NCBI GenBank assembly: GCA_965240325.2
Contig: OZ251227.1
Coordinates: 930,001 to 994,000 of the forward strand
DNA from: Rebecca billardiae RCC1528
Taxonomy: Eukaryota; Protista; Haptophyta
Length of the DNA stretch: 64,000 nucleotides
Direction: 5' to 3'
Below are positions 32,192-44,555 of the stretch, in pieces. The translations under genes and the position numbers were made by a program. Within the stretch, counting starts at the first letter, position 1. The number at the start of each line of letters is the position of its first letter. The notes under the pieces are model-generated. The model was not told the origin of the DNA. It made no database searches and saw only the letters and a list, made by a program, of their open reading frames with translations.

Positions 32192-33439
32192 ATGGCGGCT
32201 CTCGTCCAGCTGCTCGGCCGATCGGCTCGCCGAGCCGCCCCCCTCCAGCGGGCACTGTCGGCGGGGGTCGGCAACCGGGTGCCACTCGTTGCCGTCATCG
32301 ACACTGACCACCCCGGAGACGTTGAGGGGCTCTCGGCATGGCTCGAGGATAATCCCACCGCGATCGTCAAATGTGTCATGGGCAAGACTGAGGGGAATGG
32401 CGGCGCGAATGACTTCACCCGCGCCTTTGCGGCGTCCAGAGTGAAGTCCTGCCTCGCGGGCCACAATCCCATCGATGGCGAGCGCAACACGGCCATCATC
32501 ATCTCCGGCGGCACAGAGGGTGTCATCACGCCGCACCTCCTCGTGTTTGCCATCGCGGAGCCGCCAGGTGCTGCGCTCGAGGCGCGCGCTGATGCGCAGC
32601 CCGACCCCGATGAGGCCCGGCTGAGCTTCGGGATCGCACGAACGGAGCCTGTACTGCCCGAGCAGATTGGCACCCTCGCGCAGGTCGAGGCCACGCGCAA
32701 GGCCGTGCTGAAGGCGTGCGAAGACGCGCGTGTGAACCCGAAAGGCGGCATCGCGCTTGCTCAGGTCAAGTGCCCGCTGCTCACCTCCGCCAAGCTGCAA
32801 GACGCGACGCTCCGCGGCGAGACCGTGCGCACATCCGACGCGCATGTGTCGATGGGCCTCACTCGCGCCGCGTCTGCGCTTGGAGTCGCCCTCGCGACGG
32901 GCGAGGTGACTTCTGTCGTCGAAGCTGACATCGGCTCGCACGAGGCGATGGCGGACAAGTTCTCCGCAGTCGCAAGCATCTCGGCGGGCGCCGAGGCGGA
33001 CTACGCGGAGGTCTTCGTGATCGGAAACGCCCCGGGAAGCTGGAGCACGCTGCGCGCCGCCCACACCGTCATGCAGGACCCGCTTGACTCGCGCGCTATC
33101 GTGCAGCTGCTCGAGACCGAGGGCCTCGACACGCGTGATGGCCAGCTCTGTCCGACCGCCCACGAGCGGCTCATCTGCGTCCTCGCCAAGGCGGACACGC
33201 CGCGCTTGGTGCGCGAGCGGCGAACCACGATGTGTGATGACGCCGACTTCCAGGCCACGCGCCATGCGCGCGCCAGCCTCGGTGGCGTTCTCGGGAGCGT
33301 CCTCGGAGATCCACGCCTCTTCATCTCCGGCGGCGCAGAGCACCAAGGGCCGCCGGGCGGAGGCCCCGTGTGTGTCATCTACAGCTCCCTGCTTGGCGAG
33401 GCCTACTGGAGCCATGTGCGCGAGGGCTACTTCCCGTAG
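32192..33439 (+). CDS. atzD: Cyanuric acid hydrolase/barbiturase-family ring-opening amidohydrolase (AtzD-like) with mitochondrial-type presequence
   Basis: GKTEGNG..NDFTR, SGGTEGV.TPH, QVKCPLLT, SMG..RAASALG, AS.SAG.E, VLAKAD, TRHAR, SGGAEHQGP.GGGPV. Confidence 0.93.
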   Translation: MAALVQLLGRSARRAAPLQRALSAGVGNRVPLVAVIDTDHPGDVEGLSAWLEDNPTAIVKCVMGKTEGNGGANDFTRAFAASRVKSCLAGHNPIDGERNTAIIISGGTEGVITPHLLVFAIAEPPGAALEARADAQPDPDEARLSFGIARTEPVLPEQIGTLAQVEATRKAVLKACEDARVNPKGGIALAQVKCPLLTSAKLQDATLRGETVRTSDAHVSMGLTRAASALGVALATGEVTSVVEADIGSHEAMADKFSAVASISAGAEADYAEVFVIGNAPGSWSTLRAAHTVMQDPLDSRAIVQLLETEGLDTRDGQLCPTAHERLICVLAKADTPRLVRERRTTMCDDADFQATRHARASLGGVLGSVLGDPRLFISGGAEHQGPPGGGPVCVIYSSLLGEAYWSHVREGYFP

Positions 33440-34285
33440 AAGTGGGCGCAGCTGCAGTCCGCCGTCCTTGAGATCCCGAAAGCCACCTGACACAGCTCGG
33501 CGCATCAGGCCCACGCCATCACGGCGATCACTGTGTAGTTCTACACATGAGTCGTGCGACACTGCCGGCCACCGGCTCCCGTGGCTCCGGCGTCGTCCGG
33601 CCGTGGCCCGGTCCCAGAGACCGGACTGGCCGCGGACCCAGTCCGTCAGCCAGAGCTTGTCAACAGCAGTGTGGTGAGTGCGCGCTCGGATACTTATCCT
33701 GAATTTCAGTTTGTCGCCATCGAAGTGGCGGTCGTCATCATCACATCAGCATGCCGCTGATCGGCCTGACGATGCGGCATGCAGCGGCATCATCATCTTA
33801 TTCATCGTCAGTGACTACAGTATTCAGTGATTGCGGCATTGATGTCGTCTGATATATATCATATCATATCATCAGCGGCCACGCAGACAGAGATCGAGTG
33901 TCAGAGATACGAGTAGACGAGCTGTATATAAGTGTAGTCGTGTGTCACTTATAGGCCACGGTGCTGTAGATAGCAGTTATAGAGATACTCATCTCGTCGC
34001 GCCTGAGACTGCCTGCTGATACTAGTTACTGCTGATGATAGCTATCACGTATAATATCGAGTATCATCGTCATGTGACATGTCACTCGTCACGTCAGTCG
34101 GAGTCAGGGGCGTTCCCCTCACTGGTCATATGCCACATAGCTACCGACAAATCGAGCCGCGTGTTCAATTATTGAAATAATGGATTTCCGCTCTAACTTC
34201 GTCAGTGACGGCGGACCGTAGCTTTATACATTATAATATTTTGATAACGCCAACGGCCCGCGCCAGTCCAGTCTTATAGCAGCAA

Positions 34286-34318
34286 TGCCCCCCATGGGGG
34301 GGGGGGGGGGGGGGGCAT
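34286..34318. repeat. Poly-G tract (about 20 G) with a complementary C-run
   Basis: TGCCCCCCAT(G)nCAT. Confidence 0.8.
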
Positions 34319-34850
34319 CAGCTTTCGGGAGCGTGTGGCAGGGACCCGGGAAAGCCCTTGAACTTGAAGACGAATTGAGATAGTGAGTCTGAGAGTGAGA
34401 GAGTGAGTCTGAGAGAGAAGCCTAGAGAGTAGAGAGAGCGTCTCTGAAAGAGCTGTGAAAGAGAGAGACTAGAGTTGTAGAGACTGGGTAGAGAGATAGA
34501 CCGTGGACGAGCTAAATGAAAGAAAATCGCCTGCTGTCGGTCGTCAATAAAAAGCTAAGCTAATAGCTACGCATCAGTATATTCGGTCCATATCTGCCCG
34601 CTCGGGTCTCGGCATCACCGTCACGCCGTGCCCGTGACGTACCGAGTAGCTGCTAATGCTATAGCCGTACCGCCTCGTCGCACAGTCACAGCTCACTCAC
34701 ATATCTCCGAAAGTCCGATCACAGTCGTATTCATGCACACTCATCTCTGACTCTCAGACACTCAGAGTCACTCGATCTACGACTGTTATCACTAATATCA
34801 GTGATTTACCGGCCGTAATAAATCTGTCACTGCATGATGATGTATAGTTA

Positions 34851-35301
34851 GAGGGGTCAGAGCCCCACTGGGGGGTGCGTGGCCCAAAATCCAACTTCCT
34901 GTCGTCTTAAGATGAGGCTCTCAAACTTCGGGATGTCAATATTCGCCTGAAATGAGCTGGGGTCACGCTGACAAGTTTTGCGAAAAAGTGTCACATACTG
35001 GAGATATACGACCTCAATATCGACGCGATCTCGGCATCATTAGTAGGGAAGATACACGATCTCCAAGGTGATCTCGCTATTTGCACCAGAATCGCACCGT
35101 CTAGATCACATTTTGGCAGTCTATATCACGTTTGGGCAGTCTGAAATTGGCACAGGCGGATTCTACACTCTGGAATTAAGCCTTAACGCCTACTAACTAG
35201 TTCGTCCAAGTAAATACCCGTGTGATAGTTCATGCTAAGAGATTTCGGGAGATTGTGGCACCCGAGAGTGTTCAGTGTAACAGTCGGAGCTCTGACCCCA
35301 C
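34851..35301. mobile_element. About 450-bp MITE-like element
   Basis: Imperfect TIR GAGGGGTCAGAGCCCCACTG / CAGTCGGAGCTCTGACCCCAC flanked by TA on both sides; AT-rich non-coding interior. Confidence 0.7.
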
Positions 35302-35364
35302 TAATGTATCATAGTACCGCCGTAGCCTAGTTTAAAAATATACAATAATTTAGTTTACATATAT

Positions 35365-36719
35365 ATGACCGCGTTCCGCGGTCCTCTTCCGTCAGAACCA
35401 ACGTAGTTGGGGGCCCGCGGCGCAGCTGTGCTGTCACCCACGTTGAGCACACAATATACGCGCAGTATCCCAAGGCTCGCAGTCGTCGGGTGAGGTGGTC
35501 GCGGCGGCGCGCGCGGCCGGCTGGGCCGCGTGGTGGGTGGTGCGAGCATTCAGGTGGGGGCAGCAGAGCTTCGCAGGATGCTGATCCGCAGCTGCCAGAG
35601 CGTGCGCACGGCGTCTACCCGGCAACTTGGCGGCCGCTCGCGTCTGAGCGCACAGCGCGCTCCAGCCGAGGCGCAGAGCACCGTGACTGCCATCGGGTGC
35701 CACGGTTGAACGCGTGGTCGGGCCACAGGCTACTGGTGGGCGCGCAAGCGGTGCCTAGCTGGCCCGCGGCCTCGGTGGCGTCGCGCACCACGCCTCCCGG
35801 CCCGCACCATCCTTCGGTGCTCGCACCAGACTGGCTCGACAGGGGCACCCGGGTGCGCACATGGGCCCCGGCGAGCCCGCGGCGAGGATCCGCGTTCGCG
35901 GGCGCTTGCGAGGGAATTTCGGTCGGGGGTCGGAACCGCTCGGGCGGGACAGTGCCACCTGCCCCGCGAGGCGCGCACCCGCAAATCGCGACACGACACC
36001 CCGACTGGCCGCCGCGTGGCGGCGGCGGGCTAGGCCGTACGGTTTTGCCTCCGCGCCAAAGCAGGCAGGCGGATGCCCGAGCAGGGCGGTCGGCCGCAGG
36101 AGCCGGGCCGCCTGCGAGCTGAAGGACGAGTTGGCTCCACCTCGGCTTCACGCCGGTGGCCAGCTCGCGCTCGTGCGCCCAGCAGCCCGCCCCCGGGCGG
36201 CGGGGGTCGGCTCGGCGAGGGGCGCGACGAGGGCGCCTTCGCGACGCCTCGTCTCCCGGATGTACAAAACGCGGGGATGTAACACGCCGCGTGCGCCCCC
36301 TCCGGCTCCACTATACGGATAGCTGCGGCGGGTATTTTTCAATGTCTCGCACTATTGGAGTTGGTTGGACGATTATGTCAACGGTCGTTCTTGGCATCTT
36401 GCGGCGGCGAGGCCATATTATTTTACTATGGTCACACTACATTAACGAGAGTCTACCCACAATTACCCAGCCTCGCACACTTGGGCGTGGGTTTCGTTGA
36501 AATCTTCCTCTGTTCGTCACTATTCAAGACGGCGGACGCGCCCTTTTTCGACGCTAATCCATGTGTAAGGAGGTCTCAAAAAATCGAAACTCGGTCTCCT
36601 CCACTCTGGAAAACACCGCCCCGTCCCTTTTTTCTTTGATCAAAGATCTTTTTGAAACGTGGTTAGGGCCCACGGAGCGGGCTCCACGCTGCGCGTTCCG
36701 CCCTGCACCGCGGGCCATA
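35365..36719 (-). mobile_element. Family-D non-autonomous Helitron2/Helentron-like element (copy D1, about 1.35 kb)
   Basis: Hairpin GACCGCG-TTC-CGCGGTC at 35367-35383; CCAAC-GTA-GTTGG; subTIR GGCCCGCGGCGCAG (35412-35425) / CTGCACCGCGGGCC (36703-36716) followed by ATAA; TA-rich flanks. Confidence 0.8.
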
Positions 36720-36822
36720 ATTAGTATATAATTGATCGGCACGAGGACGACTGCTAGCTGGCGGACTGATGGGCCGTAGGCTGCGCGTGAATCCATTATT
36801 GGCGGGCCGCGCTCATCTGTCA

Positions 36823-39800
36823 TCATGGTCCTCTGCTGCCGCCAAACCCCGCTCGTTGCTTTGCAGAAGTGCCGCCGAATCCACCTGGTCCTGACCCGGC
36901 GGCCCCGGCACCACGTTGAGGCTGCGCCGCGCGCCCTCCTGCCGCGCTCACGTCGGCTCGGCCGGCGTCACTTCTGGTCTCGCGGCGGGGACTGGTCGCG
37001 GGGATGTCCGCTGCCGTGATCTCCGTCACGGTCAGCACATCGCCTTCCTCCTCCTCTGAGTCATTCTGCGCGGGGTTGGACACCCTGGTCGTCCGGATCG
37101 TCGGCTTTGCAAAGGACGAGTTGGCGTCTCGTGCACGCCCGCCTCGCGCGGGCGAGCGGCAGTGAATCATCACGTCCTCGTCGTACTCCGAGACGCCGTC
37201 CGGCAGCGCGACGCCCGCGTCCGATGAGGCCTCGACGGTGACGTGCGTCATGCTCGACGAGCGCGCGACGTGCAGCAGCCTCTGGGCAAACTTGTTCGCG
37301 TTCGCCACGGCAAAGCCCACATCCGAGATGTTCGAGAGCTTCGCGAGCTTCTCCTGCGGGCACGGGCGCCGCGCGGCCAGGGCAGGGAAGGCAGGGGTGG
37401 CCGGCGGGCATGCTCGTGCGTGCGTGAGCACCGGCGTCGCCGATGCCGCCTGCAGATCCGCGCGCCGCGTGCCGGGCGCGCGCGCGTGTGTCGCGCGCGC
37501 TCACCTCCGCCTTCTGCTGCAAGTCCGCCTTCACCTCTGGGTAGAAGGGCAGCAGCGAGTCGAGGTCCTTCTTGGAGAAGACGAAGAGCGAGCAGAACGT
37601 CTCCGCCGTCACCGTCGCCTCGCGCGCACGGTCTGGCAGGAAGATCGAGAGCTCGCCGAAGTGGCTCCTGCGCGCGGAAGTCGGGCGCGAGCGCACGGCG
37701 CGCGCGCAGGAGAGCGTGCGTGAGCAGCGGCGGCGCGCGCTCAGCGCCGACCCTAGCGCTCCGCATCCGGGGCGGCACGCCCACTCCGCCAGCGCCGCCG
37801 CCCGGCGCGCACCCTGGGCCGTATTTCTCGAAGAGCTTCGGCTCGTCCTCGTCGGGCACGTTCAGCTCCGCTTTGAGCTCGCCGCTCTGCACCATGTACA
37901 TCTCCAGCCCCACCTGCGCGCACGCCGGGAGGCGGCCGGCACGAGAGCGCGCCGATGCGCGTTGGGCGGCGAGTGAGGCACGCGCGCGCGCGAGCGCGAG
38001 CGCAGGCGCAAGTGCGGCTGGGATCGCGCGCGGCGCGCGGCGGCGCGCACGTCGCCCTCCGTGTAGATCACGTCGAGCGGCGCGGCGAACATCGGCTTGA
38101 GCCTGTTGCACACCGAGACGATGAACTGTGCGTCCCGCTCCTTGAGGAACTCGACCGAGTCGATGATGCGCTTGTTGAGCGATAGCATGATCTCCGTGCG
38201 CAGCGGGGGCGGGAGCTCGCTGAGGATCTGCTGCTCGACGTCGATCTCGCCCGACTCGTTGAGGTACGTGTTGTAGTACGCCACGATCTGCTTCTGCAGC
38301 ACCTTGGGGTACTGCCGCTCCCACAGGTACTCCTTGACGTTGGCCATGCGCTCGCGCAGCCGCGAGCCGGTCGGGTCGAGGTTGTCCACCAGGTCGGTCA
38401 TGCCGCCGATCACGACGCCGAAGATGGACGCGCCGATGAGCATCACGATGATGGCCGCCCAGTACTCCACCTGGTTGCGCGCGACGATGTCGCCGTACCC
38501 GATCGTGCTCATCGTCGTCAGCGCCCAGTAGATCGAGAGGAAGTACTTGTGCATCTTGGAGAGGTCCTCGACGCCCGCCGCCAGCATCCAGTTGTCCTCC
38601 TCGACCGAGACGACCGCGCAGTAGTGCCACATGCAGCCCGCGAGGTGCACCATCAGCATCAGGTAGATGATCAGCTTGGTCAGCTCGAGCGTGGACGGGT
38701 TGATCCAGCCCTCCTCCTGCATCTTGCCCAGGATCTTGCTCAGCTTGAGCAGCCGCGCCAGCTTGAGCAGCCGCACGAGCCGCAGCATGCGCAGCAGCGA
38801 GACGATCCGAGGGCTCACGTCCACGCCGCGCACGCTGAAGTCGCCGCCGTCCTCCGACTCGAGCAGGAAGTCGAGCGGGAGCGAGGAGAGCACGTCGACG
38901 ACGAACCACGAGCGCGAGTACGTCTGCGCGATCTTGGTCGGCGAGGTGACGAGCACGCCCGCGTCGTCGAAGTAGGCGGTGCGGAAGTTGACGAGCACGT
39001 CGAACATGAACACGCAGTCGATGCACAGCTCGAAGATCCGCACGCTGCCCTCGGCCGCGACCACCATGAACACGCGGTACGGCACGACGAGCGAGGAGTA
39101 GCAGATGAGGACCGAGAGGAAGACGTCCCAGCACAGCTTGAACACCTCCTGCGGGTGGATCAGCAGCATGTCGCGGCACTCGATCAGCTGGCGGCGGTGC
39201 AGCGCCTTCTGGTCGAGCACGAGCACAGAGCGCTTGCGCACGAGGTCGGGCCGGCCGCTCCTCGACTGGTCGGTCAGACGGTCGGACAGCCGGTCGGCGA
39301 CGAAGTCGCGCGAGGCCGAGGACAGGCGCGAGCAGTCCGACACCTGCGACGACGGCGCACCCCTCCGCTCCCCCGAGCCGTTGGAGAGGGCGGAGGGCGA
39401 GACCTCCGAGCTGGTCGAGCCGTGCGAGCGCGCGTTGGCCGAATTGGAGCTGGTCGGATCGGCCGGCAAGAGGCGGCCGTCGCTGCCGGCGAGGCTGTTC
39501 TTGCGCGAGCTGCTCGAGGAGCCGCCACTCGTGCCGCTCGCCGCGGCCGGGCCCGCCCTGCCAACCTGCTCCGCCGCGGGCTCGGCTTGGCTCTCGGCGG
39601 CTTGCCCGCCGTGCGCAGGCGCGCCCGCCGCCGCCTCGCCCGCGCTGTCGCCGAGCGACGCGGCGTAGTCCTCGTCGTCCGGCATGGTGAGAGGCGTCGG
39701 CGGCTGGATGGAGAGCTCGAGCCCGGCGACGGGCTTGGACGCCGCCGGCACGCCTTCGTCGTCGTCGTCCATCCCCACGTCGATCGGCGGCGGCGGCTCG

Positions 39801-42800
39801 ATCGGCGCGAGCGGCGCGGGGCGCGCGTCCGCGCCGCCGGCCGTGGCATCGCTGCCCCCGCTGGGGCCACCGCTGCACTGGCTGCTGTGTGCGTCCGCGC
39901 TCGCGGACGAACCCGCTGCCGTGCTCCCCGCCGCGCGCGTGTCGTCCGCGCTGCCGCCCCCGCCCGCCTCGAGCGGGACCACCTGCGACGGCTTGGCCGC
40001 TCGGCCCATCGCCCCCTCGGAGGAGTTGGTGCGCCTGCTGCCCCTCAACCCGCGGTCGACCGTCTGCCGCATCTTGAGGGGCGAGTCCGGTGAGCCGATC
40101 TCGATCGGAGCGGCCTCCTCGCTGCTCGCGCGGCTCTTGCGCGAGCAGCGCGGGAGGCGCAGCGGCGCGCGCGGAGGGCTGCCTCCGCGCTCGGCCATCA
40201 CCTGCCCGAAGCCTCGAGCGCGTCTGCCGGCGGAGTCCTCGCCATTCCGAGCGGCAGCGCCATCGTCGGCACCGGCGCCGCCGGCGCCGCCGCCGCTGCC
40301 GCCGCTCGCGGCCATGCCAAACCCCCTGGGCGCGCCTGAGAACTTTCGCCTGAGCGGGCTCGCCAGCGGCGAGGCGGCGTGCTCGACCCCCAGGGTCGAA
40401 GGGCTCCGCTCGCGCGTCGCGGCCGTGAGCGCGACTGCCGTGCGCGTGCGCTGCCGCACCGAGCGCTTCAGCACGTCGCTGGCGGTCGGCCCGTACGAGC
40501 GCACCTCGCTCGGTCCGGTGCCGCGCTTGCCGGGCGAGGGCAGCGGGCTGGGGATGAAGCTCCCGCCGCTGACCGCGCCCGGCACGAGCAGGTGCGTGCC
40601 CGCGCCGGCCGCGCTGCCTCCCGGCTCGGCCGCGTCGGCCGCCGCGGCCGCGACCACGCGCGCGCGCTCGGTCGCCTCCTCCTTGATCGCCTGCTCCGCC
40701 TCCTTGAGCGCCTCGTACTGCAGCGTGTGGTACTTGGACTCGTGGCGCTTGGAGCGGGCGAGCGAGAGCAGGTCCTGCCGCATCCGCGGGAACGAGACGA
40801 GCACCTTCTCCATCCCCTCGCGGCTCAGCCACAGCATGTCGCAGTGGCCGCTCGCGACGCACGTCGCAGGCTGGCGGATGTTCATCAGCAGCGAGACCTC
40901 GCCAAAGTGGTCGCCCGCGCCGAGCCGCGCGGCGACCTCGTGCCCGGCGAAGCTGCCCTCCGGCGCGGCGGGGTCGACCTCCTGCGCCTCCCAGTCGTCC
41001 TCCTTGCTCACCTCCGCCACCACGTTCCCCGTCACGATCCAGTACATGTCCATCGAGACGACGCCCTCGAAGCAGATCACGTCGTTGGCCTCGGCCGGGA
41101 AGGGCTGCAGCACCGTGCCCAGCAGCCCGACGAACGCGCGCTTCTTGTTGGCCATGTACGGCAGCGAGCCGAGCACCTTCTTGTGCGAGTGGTACGCCAT
41201 CTTGATCCGCAGCGCGTTCGACACCTCAGACAGGATGCGCTCCTCGTCGAACACCGACTTGCGCTCGTAGTAGTACTCGTAGAAGGAGCGCACGCGCTGC
41301 TGCACGACGCGGTCGATCTTGCGCGAGTGCATGAAGTCGCCGACGGTGGACATCTTCTCGCGGTACAGCTTGAGGCGCACGTCGAAGGACTGGGAGAGCG
41401 AGGTCATCGTGCCGATGATGTAGCCGAACACGACGATCCCGAGCAGCTCCGCCGACATCACGACGAGCACCTCCTCGAGCCGGTGCAGCGACGGCTTCAC
41501 CTCGCCGTAGCCAACCGTCGTCATCGTCGTGAACGCCCAGTACATCGCGAGCTCCCACTGCCGCGCCTTGTCCTGCTCGGCGAAGCCCATCAGCTCGACC
41601 CAGGACAGGCTGTCCTCGTCGTCGTTGTTCGTCGCGCCGAACATGAGCAGGCACGCCATGTAGTGCGCGAAGAGCAGCACGCCGAGGATGAGCTTGATGA
41701 AGCGGATGAGGGACGGGTTGATCACGTCCTTCTCCTCGAGCTGCTTCACAAAGTGGTTCAGCTTCACCAGCCGCATCAGCTTGACGAGGCGGAAGAGGCG
41801 CAGGGTGCGCAGCAGCTTGGTGCTGCGCAGCCACGTCGAGTCCGAGCTCGACACGCTGCCCAGCGACAGCGACACCAGCCGGTCGAACGGCACCGTCGAG
41901 ACCAGGTCGAGCGCAAACCACGACGACAGGTATCGGTACGCGATGATGCGCTGCGAGTACGTCACGACCATCGTCGCCGCGGCGGCCGCCTCCTCGGGGG
42001 TGAGCTCCTCCGGCTCGACGTAGACAAAGATGCCGGTGCGGAAGTTGGTCACAATGTCGCACAGGAAGAACGCGTCCATCACCCAGTCCAGGATCGCCCA
42101 GCCGCCCATGGCTGGCTCGAGGAAGGCTATCCTGTACGGGATCAGCAGCGTCGAGTACAGGATCAGCACGGCGAGCACCACGTCCCATGCCGTCTTGAAG
42201 CGGCCCTGCGGGTGCAGCATGAGCGGCGGCACGTGCCGCGACGCGCTGCTCTCGTGCACGTGGTCGAAGTCCTCGACCGGGAACGAGCCGTAGGTGCTCA
42301 TGAAGCTGTCGATCTTGCGCGGCGCGGGCTGATGGTGCTCGGCGCTCGACGGTGCGCCCGCCCGCAAGAACGAGCTGCCTTTGACCAGCGTGGTGCCCGT
42401 GGCTGAGCCGTGGCGCGACGGTCGATCGATCATGATGCCCCCACCAGCATCCCACCGGCGCTGCAGGAGCGTCCGCTGCTTGCGCTGCCCACTGCTGTCG
42501 GTCGAGGTCTTTGACAACGACGCCAACCGTATGCAGCTGTTGGACACCTGCTTGCCCGCCTTGGCGAGCGCGGTGGGCAAAGCGGAGACGATGTTCCGCG
42601 AGCTGCTGCGCGAGGTCGATCGGCTCAGCGACGCGGCGCCACGCCCCCCGGCGCCCGGACCCTCCGCGTCGCCCGGACGCCTGTTCTCCGCATCGGGCGC
42701 AGCGCTGATCCCAAAGTCACCGTCGACTGGCGGCAGCTCTGCTGTCTCGTCCTCGCCGCTGAAGTTGACGCGCCCACGACCAGGTGGAGAGCGTGTGACC

Positions 42801-42877
42801 GAACTGGCCAGCCCGCGCGCGCTCTCAGCGCGCGCAGCCGCCTGCGGGGGCCCTTCCAAGGTTGCGTCCTCCTCCAT
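36823..42877 (-). CDS. Cyclic-nucleotide-binding K+ channel with two tandem 6TM-pore-CNBD modules; introns 37914-38050, 37668-37812 and 37354-37504
   Basis: Two S4 Arg/Lys arrays, pores TMTTVGYG and TMSTIGYG, two CNBDs (HFGEVSL, HFGELSI); the splices restore the reading frame. Confidence 0.9.
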
Positions 42878-43090
42878 GGAGCCAACGACACCCCCCGTTA
42901 GCTCATCCCCATGCCGGGCCGCCCTGCTTGTGTTGTGCAGCAGCGTCCCGGCAACTGCCCCGGACTCCGTTTTCCGGACTTCTCGTCACGCAAATGAAAA
43001 TCAACCGGAAATTAAGTGATGCTGCTGAATCCTGCTGATCGGGCTGAGCCTGATGCTGACGACAGCAGCAGTATTAACGACAAGTTTGCG

Positions 43091-44555
43091 TCAGAACGAT
43101 CCGACGAGCGCGGCCGCTCCGCCCGGCATGAGCATCAGGTCGTCCTCCTCCTCGTCAAGTGAGACGCCGAGCGGCTGCGCCTCCGGCAGCGCGTCGGCCG
43201 CGTGTGCGCGCCGCGCCGATGCGACCGCGCCTGGGTCGTGAATCCCGACAGACACGGAGCGCATGCGCATCCGGTTGGCCGCAGGGACGCCCACGCTCAT
43301 CATGAGCTTGGTGCGGAAGTTATCCGCCCCGCGGCTGGGGATGGCGTCACTCTGTTTCGGCCTCTGCTCCTCGTGCGCACTCATCGACGCCTGCCGCAGG
43401 CTGAAGTAGTACTGTGCATACTGCGCGCATCGTGCGAAGCAGGGGCATGGGTGGGCGGTCGCCGCAGTCAGCAGTGCCAGCAGTGCGGCGCGCAGGGGGC
43501 GGCGGCGGCGGCGCGGCAGGGCGCGCGGGCGCACCTGGCTCGACGAGATGATCGTGTCGTACTGCAGCAGCTCGAGAACGCAGCGCTCCAGCTTGTTCAC
43601 GTTGCGCACGGTGAACATCGGGCAGATGGTCGAGAAGTCTGAATTCCAGTAGCTCACGTCGTGCCACACCTTGGAGGCGAGCAGCAGGCACGAGAAGATG
43701 ATGGGCCGCCACGAGCGCGCGTGGAGCAGCACGCCGTCCTCGGACTTGCTCTCCAGCCGGTCCACGTACACCAGGCAGATGATCACGCAGTGCGGTGTGA
43801 GCCGCGCTTTCTTCCAGATATTCTTCAGGAAATGGACAATCGTGCGCACGGGCGGCACGCTGAACGCCTGCGGGCTCGGCGCGGGCTGCGGCAGCTTGAG
43901 GACGCCGAAGAGTGTGGGCATGCTCAACGAGCGCGCGAGCAGCAGCGGGTGCGCCACTTCGTACGTATCCGGCCGCGGAGGCCGCGTGTGCGTGTCCTCG
44001 CAGAACAGCGGGATCTCGCGCTTGTTCAGCGCCTGCTCGTTCTCTTCGAGCCGCCTGCGCGCGCCGGAGCGGGCGGGCGCGGGAGCAGGCGGCGCACGGG
44101 CGGGCGGGGTGGGGCGCGGACGTGGGCGCGGCGTGCGCAGCGAGAGATCTCGGTGCGCGCTGATGCGGGAGGGGGCGGCCCGGGCGGGCTGCAGCGCGCA
44201 CAGCAGCCTCCCACCTGTGGAGGACGGCGCTGACACTCTCGAGCAGCTCCTCGTGATTGGGCTCCGCGCAGGTGCTCGCACTCGACTGGCCGCTCGAGGA
44301 CTTCGAGGAGTCCATCGCGAGCGGCATCGACTTTCGGGGTGCAGATCGGTCGCGCATCGACGAGTCGATCGACTGGATGCGCCGCATCGCGAAGCTCCGC
44401 CTGCCGTGCGGCCTCACGCCCGCGTTGTCTGCAAACTTGACGAGTTGCCGACGCCGCGGCGCCTCGACCGAGGTGCTGATGATCTCTTCGTCAGCCGCGG
44501 GACTCCCATCGATCCTGCCTTTCGGCCGGGCCGCCATCTGCGGCGCGCACGCCAT
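43091..44555 (-). CDS. Cyclin Y-like cyclin; introns 44055-44214 and 43421-43534
   Basis: IICLVYVDRL, SWRPI..LLLASKVW.D.SYWN.DF, NKLER..LELLQY...SS.YA.YYF.LR. Confidence 0.9.

Noticed and set aside
26636-33439. Metabolic gene cluster (desulfhydrase, methyltransferase, AtzD-like)
   Set aside because: Different predicted compartments and no shared pathway; adjacency alone is insufficient
37248-42406. Very long overlapping or antisense ORFs (e.g. 37248..40862 -, 40379..42406 +, 39684..41270 +), and similar ones across the window
   Set aside because: Arg/Ala/Gly-rich shadow frames caused by high GC3 in real genes; no domain signal
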